From the human T2T-CHM13v2.0 reference genome, Homo sapiens, in NCBI RefSeq assembly GCF_009914755.1, contig NC_060935.1: a stretch of 64,000 nucleotides of DNA; one strand, given 5' to 3'. Below the pieces are notes generated by a model, which saw only the letters and a list, made by a program, of their open reading frames with translations, was not told where the DNA came from and made no database searches. Of the stretch, positions 33,411 to 48,053 are shown in pieces (within the stretch, counting starts at the first letter, position 1; every line of letters begins with the position of its first letter). The position numbers were made by a program, and so were the translations under genes.

Positions 33411-33700
33411 GGCTAGGCACAGTGATTCATGCCTGGAATTTCAGCATTTTGGAAGGCCTAGGTGGGAGGATCACTTGATGTGAGGAGTTTGAGATCAGCC
33501 TGGGCAGTATAGTGAGACCCTATCTCTACAAAAAAATTAAAAAAAAAAATAGCTTGGCATGGCAGCACATGCCTGTGGTCCTAGGAACTCAAGAGACTGA
33601 AGCGGGAGGATCACTGGGGCCCTGGTATTTGAGAATAGAGCAAGCCATGATCATGCTGCTTCATGCCAACCTGGGCACAAGAGCAAGACCCCATATCTCT
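33411..33700 (+). mobile_element. AluJ followed by (CTATAT)n simple repeat
   Basis: ggaggatcacttga in both arms, high divergence; simple repeat at ~33708-33790. Confidence 0.9.
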
Positions 33701-33951
33701 CTTTTGCTCTATATCTATATCTATATCTATATCTATATCTATCTTCTGTCTATCTATACACATACATACATATATAGATAGATAAATAGAAACAAATAAA
33801 TAACAGTGTAAGACATGGGCCGTTCCCTCAAGGTGCTTAGTGTCTAGGAGAAAATATGCTACCAGCTGGTTATCTAAAACATATGAATGCATGTTTGTAG
33901 ATAAAATGTATACTTTAAGATATATTGCAAATTGTTTTTTTAGAAGGCTGA

Positions 33952-34400
33952 TGTTTTTCAAAAGAAGACATACAAATTGCTAACAGGTATGTGAAAAAAT
34001 GGTCACCACTAATCATCAGAGAAATGCAAATTATAACCACAATGAGATATTATCTTACCCTAGTCAGAATTGCTATTATTAAAAAGTCAAAAAGCCTAAT
34101 GGGTTTCCATCTGACTGTAGCCTTATGTATGATTCCCTCTCCATGAGGATGTGGAGAAAATATAACTCTTATGCACTGTTAGTGGGAATGTAAATTAGTA
34201 CAACCTCTATAGAAAACAGCGTGGAGATTTCTCAAAGATCTAAAACTAGAACTACCATTCTATTCAGCAATCTCACTTCTGCGTAGTTACTCAAAGGAAA
34301 AGAAATCAATATACCAAAAAGATACATGCACTTGTATGTTTATCACAGCACTATTCACGATAGCAAAGTTGTGGAATCAACCTAAGCGTCCATCACTCAG
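33952..34400 (+). mobile_element. Internal L1 (L1PB/L1MA-type) late-ORF2 fragment without 3'UTR or tail
   Basis: tcaaaagaagacatacaaat...ggaatcaacctaagcgtccatca. Confidence 0.85.
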
Positions 34401-34407
34401 GTTGAAA

Positions 34408-34727
34408 CTATAAGAAAACAGAAACATGTTTCTTACAGTTTAGGAGGCTGGGAAACCCAGGATCAAGGTGCTGGAGAAAGCTTGATCTCTGCCTCCAAGG
34501 TGGTGCCTCATTGCTGAGTCCACTGGAGGGGATAATCACTGCGTCCTCACATGGTGGAAGGCAAAAGGGCAAAAGAGTCCTCTCTTTAACCTTGAGCCCT
34601 TTTATAAGTGTGCTAATCCTATTCATGGGGCAGAATTAATCACCTCCCAGTGGCCACTCCTCTTAATACTCTTGCACTGGGGATTAATTTGCAACATGAA
34701 TTTCGGGGAAACCATCATTCAAACCAT
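34408..34727 (-). mobile_element. MLT1A/MST-type MaLR LTR fragment
   Basis: cttacagtttaggaggctgggaa...ggggattaatttgcaacatgaattt...cattcaaaccat. Confidence 0.8.
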
Positions 34728-36253
34728 TTTGAATGGTCACATGCTCATTTAATTTTAATTTCTAAGCAGAACTTACTGATCATGGTTATAATACAAGTGT
34801 CGGGTATTCTAATGAGATACAAAGCCAAAGAAAAACCACCATGCCATTTAACATGTACTTAGACTATTCCACACACTGTCTAAATGCGTCCTATGTATTA
34901 TTTCCTTTTATCTCTGTAGATGCCTTTGTATATGTACTGTAATTATCTTCATTACCTAGATAACAAAGTCTTAGGAATTGTTACTTTCTCAGGAGTCAGA
35001 GACAGGGCTTGAACCCTGGTCCCTTTGACTCCGAAGTCTATTGTCTCTACCACTGTGTGACACAGAAGTGATGCAGTGGGGAAAGGATTGCAGTGGGAAA
35101 AGGATTGGAATAGTGTTCAGGACACTTGAGTTCCAGTCCTTAGGGCTGAACCAACTAATATGTTATCCTGTACAAATCAGCTTCTTTTGTCTGTTTTTTT
35201 TTTTCTCTCTCTCTCCTTTAAAGCATAGGAGTCTACAGCCTACATTTCTATGGTAATTTAGAGCTTATATTTTCCTGACAGCTTACATTGTAAATCTTCT
35301 GCACTCCTATTTTGTCTTGCCCTGTTGTATTTTTTTAAAGAGTATATATCACCTAATATTCTGTATCATCGACTTAATTATTCTATATTGTTTCTTCCAT
35401 TTCCCCTGCAGTAGGGTGCAAATACCAGTGCCACCAAAATTTCCAGGCACATGGGAGACTCCTAATAAATAATATGATGCACACTTTTTAAAGGAAGATG
35501 GGAGTGGGAGGAGAAGATAGGAAGTAAGGATAGAAAATATGATGTAACAAGAAACAAGAAGACATTGGTGTACTGGTATTAGAATGATTTTTATTTCTGT
35601 GGGGAAACAATAAAAGAAGATGGGACTGTAGGCAGGATGCACAATTAAGAGGGTCTTCCATGTTATATGAAAGAGTCCAGATTTTGTTAGGTGATAGAAA
35701 GCTAGTTTTATCTCCAGGACTTGTTAGTGGACCAAAATTCTAGGAGTGCAATGGTTGATTCTAAGAAACAACCCTTGAGGCTTAATTGTATTTGAAAGTG
35801 TCATTTAACTTTATGCTCAAATGTATGGTCAATCTTTCTTGGGAAATGACAAGAGCCATCAAAGAAATAAGAAGTGATATTGTACTCTGAGCTCAGTGAG
35901 AAAAATGTGCAGATGCAGATGTGTTCGTCCTTATTTATGGTAATTGAATTTTAAATTTAATTTAGCAGTAAAAGTCTGCTATTTAGAGGATTGTTACACT
36001 GTAAAAGACTTGAGAAGCACATAGATTCTAAGGGTACTTAGAGTATCGTTTGATGCCTGATGGGTGACAAGCATAAATGCATCCAAATTAATCATAATTG
36101 CCATTCTAGCAAGTGAAATGCAGCAGTGTGTTTTTCAAAAGTGTGCTTCCAAAACATAAAAAGAATATGATAAATAGCAAGTCAAAAGACTGATGCTACA
36201 AGGCGATGTTGTGAATGAACAGAGGCTACCAAACTACATATCTAGTAGTGTAT

Positions 36254-36368
36254 ACTACATATCTAGACAGTATAGATTCTATATATATGTACACTACATA
36301 TCTAGACAGTATAGATTCTATATATATGTACACTACATATCTAGACAGTATAGATTCTATATATATAT
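36254..36368. repeat. 39-bp minisatellite, ~3 perfect copies
   Basis: actacatatctagacagtatagattctatatatatgtac at 36254, 36293 and 36332 (last copy partial). Confidence 0.95.
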
Positions 36369-39300
36369 TACATTTGTTACAAGCATTTCATAATCCTTTT
36401 AAAATAGCTGCATATTATTCTATTTTGAACAATTACAAAACTATATAAAAGCTTTATACACTTTTGGACATTTAAGATTTCAAATTTTCATAATCATAAT
36501 TACCACTACAATCAATATCTTTCTGCACTGTTTGTTTTTTCTCTGTATTAAGGATCGTTCTCCAGAGAGCCCATACTCGCAGTGAAATTACTGGATCAAA
36601 GGATATAAATTATTTTTGCATCAATTCTGTATGCCAATTTGGTTAAAATTGGCACTTGTTAGTGTTTTTATAGATTAGTATTACTGAGGTTGAGATTATA
36701 TTTATTAGCCAGTTGTTTGCTCTTCTCTGAAATGCCTGCTCATGCCATTGGATATTTTATCTTTTGGAGCCTGGTGTTTTTCATTTGGATATCACACTCA
36801 GAATTCTACGTACACAAAAAGCCAAGTCTCAGTCAAGCCAAATTGTCAATATACTGAAACAATTAATCAATTTATTGGAACAGTTGGTCAATCTACTGAC
36901 ATGACGGGTCATTTCATCTATAAGAGTGGATCAATTAAATGGAACATCTGGTAGAGTAAAGGTGCTCCCAATAAATCATGTTAGAAAGTAGAGCTGAAAA
37001 TAAAAGAATAAACTGCATAAGCTAGTTCACGACTTGCTCATGAGTGCACAAGCACCTCTTTTCTGATTCTTACTGAAGTATAATAATAATGATGATGGAA
37101 AGTTCAAGAAACATCTGTTTTCCACATATACTAGGAACCTCTGCACTAATTGCAGTATGTCGATGTTTTTATTTTCTTTCTCATTGGGTGTTCTGAGAGC
37201 AATTATCCCTTTAAAATTAACAGCCTCAGTTCTCTCTTTTCAGTGACCTTTACTCAGATGAAACTCTCATCAACTTCACCTAATAAATGAGAAAGCTCAT
37301 TCCCTCATTTATCATAGGTTCTACTCTGCAGTTGGATTCATGCCAGATCAAGGTACACGGAAACTATCCAAAATTATGAGCACAAGGTTATTACACTGTA
37401 CGTGAAAGAGAAGAATATTTTTTTCCACCTGAGTTTGTGAAAGTTTTTCATTAGCAGGGATGCTGTCTCCCAACTTTGCCATCATGAGCATAGAATGTAA
37501 TAACATTTAAGATGCAATAGGAGCTAAGGTCAGCAGGCATAAAAGGGGTCTGAATTCTTTCAGTCTTACCTCATGCCATTAATTGGAATTAGATTCTTGA
37601 ATTATATGTTTGTTTTATGAAGAATTAGGGTATTGAGTCAATAGCGTGCCTTTTTCCATGATTTCCTATTCATTTAAGTAATTTATTTATGTCTGGATAT
37701 TTGCTCTAAAAATAGACACTGTTAATTTTGTCCTGCATTATTGCTGTGCTGTAATGAGCCTTGGTGACCCTGCATCAGGGGACACCGTTTTCCTCTTGCA
37801 GGTGTCATGGCTGTCAACATCGACAGCTCTTTGACTAATTAAAATTTAAAAGATGGTAGTATTCATGCAGCTGTAATAAGATTATATCTGATTTACTGTA
37901 GATGAAATAGTCCAATAATTTAATCCATTTGCAGCTAACCCTGGATGTGTGTGTGTTTGTGTGTGTGTGTGTATGTTTTTGTACATGTGTATTGATAAGA
38001 TAAAAGTAAATTTATGTAACAGAAAAAAAAGAAAAAAAGGGCAATTTCTTCTTTCTTTATTCTACACTTATTCCCAAACACACACCTACATATTTACCGG
38101 TACACTCACACACAGGAAAATACCTCTCCAAAGAGCAATGGCTCATAATAAATGTATTATCATTTTTAAACTCAGCCAAGCATGGTTTCTTTCTGGATTT
38201 TGTTCTGAATATCCAGGATGTTAAGGATATTCTGGATATTCTGCCCAATGGAGTAGAGATCTAACCAGATCCTTAAAAATGGACCCAGGACACAAACTGG
38301 TTCCATGGTCTTTACCTTGACAAAATATAGTAGTGACACATCTCCCTAGCTTTATTCTAAGATAACAGGCAAAATTTATTTATACTCTTTCAAAAGAGAG
38401 GCCTATATGAACCCTTACTTTAAGCAAGCAGATTGAGCCACAGTTCAATATGAACCCAAGGTCAAATTTTAATTAGCAAGTAAAAAAACAAGTAACCTTG
38501 TACTCAGAGTTAATTTTTTAAAAATTATTGAGTAAAGTTCTTTGTTTTTATTGCACCTCAGAAAGATTTAGGGCCATTTGTCATGAATAGGAGCCAAACT
38601 AAATTGGTCATATGGAACAAAATGCTAAGTATGATTACTTACATACAGGAAAAAGCCTGACTCATGTGGAATCACATAGCTCTAGGTTGGAACGCCGGCT
38701 TTGCCACTTATCACTGGGTAACCTTTAGCAAATTACTCAACTGCTCTGACTCTCAGTGTCTTTATCAATAAGGATAGTAATAGGAAATACCTCGTGGGGT
38801 TGCTGTGAACCTTAAGAGAGATAATGTATGCGAAGGAGGCTATAGTGTATCATAGTAGAAAGCTATTAAAGATAACCATGTTGCTAAATGTAGAAACTGT
38901 TAAAGAAAACTCACTAGATTTGAAAATCTGGTTTCTGAGCTAAGACATCAAGGAAGCAAGCTGCTGAGAACAAGAGCATATTTAGCCTCTCCACTCCCTC
39001 TGAGAAGGCTGGGTAATAGGTCATAAGAGGGGACTCCTCTGGACTGTAAGACTCTGCATTTCTTTCTCAATTTAAAGAAATATGTTTAAGGAGTATATAG
39101 GAATGAAAATGTGATGAAAGCAGCATAATCTATAAGGAATAATCAATAAGTGTCTTATTCTTTTATCATGGAGCTTATGGTTTAATTTCCAAGATTACTG
39201 TCTGTTCTAGGGAGAAAGATGTTTTTGAAGGGACGATCAGGATCTCAATTTTTAAATTTCATTCCTCCAAAATTCTACTTTCATCTTCTCTCCCTCCTCC

Positions 39301-39873
39301 CCCAATTCACTATCAATTCTTCAACTTTACTTTGAAGTTTATCTAGCTGTGGGAAACCATTTCCTTATTACATTATCTTGTGATAGGATCATAAGCCACT
39401 GACATTATTTCTAATTATACACATAGTAAAGTGCTTAATTTCCTCCTTGAACCACTCACATACAGTATGTCAAACATGTTCCTTTTGATCATCCCATGGG
39501 GTTGCTATTACATTATAGGAATTTTATCAAAAGGAAAAGAGTTTAGGAGCAAGAAGGCTCTAAAATGCCTTGAAAAAAAAGCAAAGTTCCTGGGTGGTGT
39601 TAACTTTCAGCTAAACCCAAGTAGTTATCATTTTTGGGAAACACTTATTTGAGCCAGACATCATTTTAGACATTTAGCATATGCTTTCATTTAAGTTTTA
39701 CATTTATTTTGTATAGTAAGGGTATTGTCCCTATTTTATTAAAGAATCAGCTGGACAGAGAAAGTTAATGTTATTAAGGTCACATAACAAGCAGTTTGAT
39801 TCAGGTCAAACTCCAAAGCTGGTTTTATTACTCTATGTATGCCTCTTAAAGCCTATTAAAAAAACCCACTCTA

Positions 39874-39885
39874 AATATATATATG

Positions 39886-39923
<38 letters not shown>

Positions 39924-39941
39924 TATAATATATATATATAT
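39874..39941. repeat. (TA)n microsatellite, interrupted
   Basis: Direct reading. Confidence 0.95.
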
Positions 39942-40201
39942 TTCCTGAATATGAATAAACTTTCTATCATTTCTTAGAATGATTTTTAAAATGCTTGACT
40001 TTCCTGCTTTTTATTATTCAAACTCTACTTCCACAATAAGAAATGATGTGAAAACAAATATTCCTTAAAATGAGTTTACCTTACCCCTTCCAAATTGAAT
40101 GAGTGGATGGGAACTTTTAGAAATTGTAAGTTATTTTTAATCTTTCACTTTACAAATACTAACTTATTCTTCATTCCAGTCGGTATTCTAATGTTGCTTA
40201 T

Positions 40202-40560
40202 TGTATTAGTCCATTTTCATGCTACTGATAAAGACATACCTGAGACTGGGAAGGAAAAGAGGCTTAATGGAGTTACAGTTCCACATGGCTGGGGAGGCCT
40301 CACAATCACGGCAGAAGGCAAGGAGGAGTAAGTCACGTCTTATATGGATGGCGTCAGGCAAAGAGAGAGCTTGTACAGGGAAAGTCCCAGTTTTGAAACC
40401 ATCAGATCTTGTGAGACTCATTCACTATCATGAGAACAGTGCAGGAAAGACACACCCCATTAATTCAGTCACCTCCCCCTGGGTTCCTCCCATGATGTGG
40501 GAATTGTGGGAGTTACAATTCAAGGTGAGATTTTGGTGGGGACACAGCTAAACCATAAGA
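40202..40560 (-). mobile_element. THE1B-like solo LTR
   Basis: tgtattagtccattttcatgctactgataaagacatacctgagactggg...gacacagctaaaccata; TSD CTTAT at 40197-40201 and 40561-40565. Confidence 0.93.
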
Positions 40561-40984
40561 CTTATGATCTTAATGATGTAGTTTATTTTAGATAGGATAG
40601 GCATGGCAGATACAACTTCTTAGTCTTCACATAAAGGCATTTCTACTTAATAGAATATGTAGGGAGTTCTGATAAGTACATTAGATGAATTATTTTTTAA
40701 CCTCAAAAGAACTATATGAGAAAACAGCTATTTAATTTAAAATAATAGATAAGAAGAATGAGGTTCAAAATAACTATTTACTTGTTAAGCCTATGTAGAA
40801 CTAGTATGTGGCAGAACTCAGATTTGAAGCCAGATCTACCTGGCCCTGAAACATGTGTGCTTTCTTTTACATCAATCCTAATAAATAATACTAACATTGA
40901 CTATCACTGTGATTAATATCCAGACATGCTGATAATTACGGTATTACCTTGACATTTAGTGCTATGCAAGGAGTAATATAAATT

Positions 40985-41540
40985 TCACTCAGCAAATATT
41001 CACTGAGTGGCTGCTATGTGTCAAGCATCATGGTTGGCAATGTAAAGCAAAAACAAACATGGTTTCGGTCCTCCTAATATTGGTAATCTTGTCAGAAGAT
41101 GTATCATTTCACATAATAGGACAATTGTGGTACATACTGTGAAGTAATATTGAGTGTATGATTATAAACTTGACCTAGCTCCTGGGTCAAGGAAGGCCAT
41201 CATGAGGAAATCACAGGTTGAACTAAGAAGGTATCAAAATTTGCTGACATTCCTTTTGATCATCTGTGAGGTTGATGTTGCATTATAGAAATCTAACACA
41301 GGATGCGATTTGGAAAGATGGTGTCCAAGCAGAAAATGTTGTTATAGGCTATGTATAGAATGGAATCAGCTTGTTGATGCTATGCAGGTTCAGAGATGGG
41401 AGGAACTTTCCATGTTGGAGTGGAAGGGGAGAAGTCTCAGAAGGTAATGTGGGCTAGATCCTGCAGAGACCTGAGTGCATGTTAGATATATTCATCTGTA
41501 TCTGATGGGTGCTGAGAATTCATTGAAAGGTTTTAATTTG
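40985..41540 (-). mobile_element. L2 fragment
   Basis: cactcagcaaatattcactgagtggctgctatgtgtcaagca...cattgaaaggtttt. Confidence 0.6.
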
Positions 41541-42431
41541 AATATAATCTGTCATTCAAGTTGACTGAGCTTTCTTTTCAAGCTTCGGTATATGGGCAGC
41601 AGACACCAAGCAAGTAACCCATGTACTGGCTTTATGAGCTGAAAATTAATCTGTGCGTTTCAGTAACAAAATCTGTAGCTTTACTGGCTTCTCATAGTGT
41701 TTAATGACTCTGAAGCAGCTTATTGATGCTGTCAGGAAACTGATACATTTGTAAAAAGAAATGCATTACCCATGCTATAAAATTAAATGTTGCATTGCAA
41801 AGCAATATACTAAATATCTCTTTAGTCAATTTTTGTAAACTAAATGTTATAAAATTATATTAGAACAGAAAGACAGCATAAATCTGTGTGGAATATATGT
41901 CTTTAAGGCGATTATTTTGTTACTCTGTACTGATAGGTAGGTTTAATTACCTTTTTACTAAAGTGTGTATTTCACATGCCTGGGAAAATAAGTGCATTAT
42001 TTTGCCCAATTTGTCCTTCTTGTTTACATACGTATATTTGGGGCTTTGAAGGCATATGTATTTTGGGAACTGCTTTTTTATATTTGCATAAAATCAAATA
42101 CATAATTTTTATCTCTTTTTACACAAATATTAACAACCTGCCACTGTGTAGCCGGGATCCTGTTTAAGAACCTCTAAAATAAAGTGTGACTATTAATGCC
42201 TCAATTAACTTTTAATGCAAGAATTGGGACTGTCTCTAGAGCATGTTGAACCTATCCTTCATAATGGATAATGCTGAACATTTTCATAAAAAGAGGTCAA
42301 ATAATTTCTTCTAATGCCCATGAAAATATCAGCTAGCATTTATTGAGCACCTACTATATGTGCCAGCTACTTTACATATTGTCTCAGTTAATTCTCTCAA
42401 ACTCAGAGGTATTATTATTTCATTTTATACA

Positions 42432-42793
42432 TGGTACTATTGTCTGAATGTCTGTGCCTGTCTCCTCTCAAAATAAATATGTTGAAACATAATCACAAAT
42501 ATTATTGTATTAGAAGGCAGGATCTTTGGGATGTGATTAGGTTATAAGCTTGGTGCCTTTTCAACAGTGGGATTAGTGCCTTCATAAAAGAGAACTAGTT
42601 AGGTCCTTCCACCATGCAAGGACACATCAAGAAAGCACCATCTGTGAACCAAAAAAGTAGGCCCTTACCAGACACTGAATCTGCCAGCACCTTGATTTTG
42701 GATTTCCCAGCCTCCAGAGAATTCAATTTTTATTGTTTGTAAGTTACTCTGTGTATGGTATTTTGTTATAACAGTGTGAATGAACTAAGGCAG
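42432..42793 (+). mobile_element. MLT1A-type solo LTR inserted in a MIR
   Basis: ...gggattagtgccttcataaaagag...cagacactgaatctgccagcaccttgattttggatttcccagcctccag...gaactaaggca. Confidence 0.85.
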
Positions 42794-43514
42794 TAAGTAA
42801 ACTGAGGTGTAGATTGGTTAAGTAACTTGCTTAGTCCACACAACTAATGAGAGTTAGAGCGTGGGTATGAATCCAGCTAGTTTGACTGGTGAGTCCCTAC
42901 TCTTAGCAACTACCCGGAAGAGCTCTATTCCAGTGTATGATGGCTCTTTTAGAAAGGATTTTTTTTTTTTGTATGATAGTTTTTTCTTTACTTTTGGAAT
43001 GATTACTTTGTCCAACTTTAAGTTAACACATTGCTTTCCAAATTAACTAACTATCCAGAAAAATAATTTAATAACATTGATTAGAAGGAGGAAAATAGCA
43101 ACTGCCATCAATCACACCCTGATTACCTGCCAGACACTGGCTTCAGTACCTTACATTTTCTCATTTCATTCTTACATCTTTGAGGGAGGTATGAGTATTC
43201 TCTTTTCTCAGACTAGCACACAGAAGGTTAGAGGATTGAAGTAAACTGTCCCTTCAGTGACAAATGTAAGTCTGTAGATTAAGTCTCAGCAATGCACAAG
43301 TACATGTTCTTGCCCAGTACACAGAATTGCCACAACTACACATACCTTTGCATGCAATGAAAATATGGATAAGTGAAATAGACAGGAATGGATAAAAAAC
43401 ATTTTATAGTTTATTAAAATATGAAGTATGGCACTGCAGTTTTATAAACCTAAATGTCACTGCATTTAATGAAGCCATCTCCTCTTACTCACCTCTCAGA
43501 GGAGAGGGAGATCA

Positions 43515-43745
<231 letters not shown>

Positions 43746-44148
43746 TCATTTAGGATTTATAAAGGTGAATGAGGCATGATCTCTTCTCTTAAAAAGCATC
43801 AAATTCAATGAGAAAGATAGAAGAGCTTAGAGTGAGTGTGATCTGTTGAATCTATCAGCAAGATGACCTTAGATTCTCTGTAATGCATGTTTTGTTTCCA
43901 TGTCTTTAACTTTTTTGGCTTTGACTATTTTTAGGCAAATCCAAAGACCATTGACATGGGATAATTCTCAATTTTGATGATACACTGATTGGGATCTTTT
44001 AGGCTTGAGAATCAAGTCATTAGCACTCCGAAAATAGGGAGTTATCCAATTAGGCATTCAACAAACACTTCTAGAGCGCCTGTTACAGTGACTGAGGCAC
44101 AAGCTCCAGAGTCTGCTTTCCAAGGTTTAAATCCCCACTGTCACCTAC

Positions 44149-44957
44149 TGTCTTAGTCCATTTTCTCTTTCTATGACTGGATACCTGATACTAGGTAGTT
44201 TATAAAGGAAACCAATATACTTCTTACAGTTCTAGAGGCTGGGAAGTCCAAGGTCAAAGGGCTGCATCTGGTGAGGGCCTTCTTGCTGGTGGGGGCTCAC
44301 AGCAGCAGCTCTAGGTAGTGCAGGGCATCACATGGTAAGAGGCTTTTGAGAAACAGCCAAACCTGGCCTTTATAAGACTCACTCCTGTGATAACCCATTA
44401 ATCCATTACTTCATTAACCCTTGATATATTCCCCTCCAAATCTCATATTGAATTGTAATCCCTAGTATTGGAGGAGGGGCCTGGTGAGAGGTGATTGCAT
44501 CATGGCGGTGGATATCTTGTGAACAGTTTAGCACCATCCACTTTGTGCTGTTCTTGTGATAGTAAGTTCTTGCGAGATCTGGTTGTTTAAAAGTGTATGG
44601 AACCTACACTCTGCCCCCCCCCCCCTCCGCGACCCCCACTTGCTCCTGCTTTTGCCATGTGAAGTGCCTATTCTGGCTTTACCTCCACCATGATTAATAG
44701 CTCCCTGAGGCCTCCCCAGGAGCAGATGCTGCTGTGCTTCCTATACAGCCTGCAGAACCGAGACCCAGTTAAACCTCTTTTCTTATAAATTACCCAGTGT
44801 CAGGTATTTCTTTACAGCAATGCAAGAATGACCTAACACAAATGGGTTGATCCATTCATGGCCCAATCACTTTTAAATACCCCACTTCCAATACTGTTAC
44901 ATTGGGGATTAAGTTTCAAAATGAGTTTCAGAGGAGACAAATATTTAAACCATAGCT
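44149..44957 (-). mobile_element. MSTD/MLT1A-type LTR interrupted by an MST LTR, both within a MIR
   Basis: tgtcttagtccattt...ggctgggaagtccaaggtc...; resumes after 44840 and ends ...tttaaaccatagc. Confidence 0.8.
44422..44840 (+). mobile_element. MSTA/MSTB solo LTR
   Basis: ccctccaaatctcatattgaattgtaatcc...cctgcagaaccgagacccagttaaacctctttt...gcaatgcaagaatgacctaacaca. Confidence 0.85.
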
Positions 44958-45437
44958 TTTAATAACTCTGCAATGTTGAGCAAGTTTATTGATCTTTTTA
45001 GACTTCTTGCTCTTCATCTGTGAAATGTGAATACTATTAGTAATGATGCCATAGAACTGTGGTGAGAGTATAATGAGATAGTAGAAATAAGGCACTTTAG
45101 CATAACATCTGAGACACAGTAAAGGCTTAATAAATGTTAGCTGTTATTACCAAGAGCAGCATTTTTAGGTACTCTACAGGATGCTGGATATAAAATGATG
45201 AGCAAACCTAGACATGGTCCCTGCCCTTATGCAGCCAGTATTTGAGGATCTGAAAGAATACTCAGCATGCCTGGAGTACGAAAAGCAGAAGAAGTTATTA
45301 TGGCCTGTGAAACAGGCAGAGGACAGGTACTTTGTATATATAAAATTTAGCCTTATACTTAAGAGTAATGGGAAGCCATTGAAGTGGTTAAGGTGAGCTG
45401 ACATTTTAGATTTACCTTTGGAAAGATTATTGGCTGA

Positions 45438-45827
<390 letters not shown>

Positions 45828-46478
45828 TAGTGCAAACATAAACAGGTGGAAAAGTCAGAAATAGATAAGAGAAACCTTTTATAGTTTATTAAACTATGTG
45901 TCACAGAACTGTAAGTGGTGAACTGAGATTGGAACCAGAATCTATGCTCCTAGCTACATGATCTTGCTTAGTTCAGTGACCCAGTTAAGACACAAGGGTC
46001 GATTGGAATAGTATAGAGACAGTGGCCAAGGAAAGCAGTGCACCAGATTCAGGATGGGTTTAGGTTAAAGAATGGACAGAACTTGGTGAAAGATTGGATG
46101 TGGCAAACAAGCCAGGCTTTGTCTCTCAGTCACTCTGCTTAAGGTAATGCTTAACAAATGTCTGATGAAGGTCACTGAAATTTCTCAGATCACTGCATTA
46201 GTAAGCTCAGTTATGTTTTTTTCAAAAGTGTTCTTGAATCTTGGAGATTTGCTAAGGTCTTGATACCTCCTTTCTGAATGATTGCCACATTTATGGAGAA
46301 TATTTAGAACCTTGTGATTGTTTCCCCTGCAGAGTTAGTCACTTTCAAACTAGGATATAATCAACAGCATTTTCCCCCAATGTGTTTGGTGCTGGATTTA
46401 TTTTCCCTCCAAACATATTGCAGAGCTTTAAAACTGTTGTCCAGTGAGTCAGTGAAAGGAATGACTTTATTTGAATGT

Positions 46479-46511
46479 GTTGGTGGTGGTGGTGGTGGTG
46501 GTGGTGTGAGA

Positions 46512-46537
<26 letters not shown>
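46479..46537. repeat. (GGT)n(GT)n compound microsatellite
   Basis: Direct reading. Confidence 0.9.
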
Positions 46538-46544
<7 letters not shown>

Positions 46545-48053
46545 GTTTTTTGGCTATGGAGTGTTTTAAAAGCTAAGATTTAGTTACAAATATTACTTTT
46601 TACCTATTACTTTATATTCTTTCCATAAGTTTTCTTCTCCTTCTATAAGGTCTAGTGTTTCTCAGAACGTATTTTTGGGACAGTTTGTGAATATCAATTT
46701 GTCAAAAATATGTTGACTTATAGTAATATCCTCAATATGCCAGCTTTCTCTCCCCTTTGTGTCATCCACAGCTTGAATCCCTTCCATCACCACAGCTAAA
46801 TCCCTGATTTTTAAAGCTGCTAATACCCAGGGGACTTTTTAAAGAAAATTTATAACATGAAAACACTGTCAAGTTATGACTTTTATTTGACATCACACCG
46901 TCAAAGCTTTTTTAAAACACGAGATGATAGGCTTGGTTTTTACACATTTAAAAAGTTAATTTTTCTCCCATTATTAAAATTAAAATGTAGTCAGTTGAAC
47001 AATTTTTGAAAACACTTAAAAAGAAGGAAGCCAAATCACTCAAAGGATAATATCACTGCTTACGTGTTGGTATATTTCCTTCCAATCTTTTCTTCACATT
47101 TAGTGTCACAGTTATGGTGGAGTTCCAGTCACAGGGGTGCCATGCTCTGTCTTAGTAAGAAATCTCAAACTGGCTTCATCTAGTCTCAACATGGTCAGGT
47201 GTCCCCACCTCCAATCATACTTCTGTGGTGTCCAGAGTGCCCCCTCTGATCCTGGGGACTCAACAGTATCCCAGATTACTGAATAGAGAATTGTCTCCCT
47301 AAAAATGGGTCAGATGTAAGTGGGGAAACTTTTAAGATTCTAGCAGGTGGCATTTCTGCTGGGTCATTCTCAGGAAAAATGCTGGCAGCTGCTCCTCACT
47401 GACAGCAAAGAGAATGATGCTCAGAGTCTCTTGTGGGTAGGGCTTCCTCCTGGAGGTAGAGCTGGGGAAGAGGCAGGGAAAGGGGTGGGCCTTCAGACTA
47501 TAATGAAAACGATTCATAAGCACAAAGGCTGGGGTGGGAACACATACATTATTATCCTGATATGAGTTTTTATATTATGTAGGTATGATTATGATCATAA
47601 TGTAATTATCATTTTCTTACATAACACTTTATTCTAGTTAATATATTTCATCTAATGTAAACATTTTATTGTCCTAGGTTAGTATAAATACTAGAATTGA
47701 TAATAAGAATCATAATAATTAACACATATATAGTGTTTATTTTAAGTAGAGAAGCTGAGACTAGAGCAAGAATTTATGCTCTTAGCCACTACATTACTAT
47801 TTCCAAAACTCTTCGTAAACATAATTGTAGTAGCTATATACTATTCCATTGATTGCATAAATTAAAATTTACTTAATCTTTCTCTTACTGAAGTAAAGGA
47901 CTGTTTCTAGGGTTTATTTCTCCTTCCACTTATTAATAATGCTGCTGTGATCATCCTGGCACATAAAGCTTCCTTGTTGTTTCATTGTTATAGATTTTTT
48001 CCTTAGGATATATTCATCAAGGTGGGATTATTAGTACAAATTTTGCTATTTTG

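Noticed and set aside
36193-36448. ORFs with repeated peptides; CRISPR-like periodicity
   Set aside because: Translation of a head-to-tail VNTR with no spacers; eukaryotic context.
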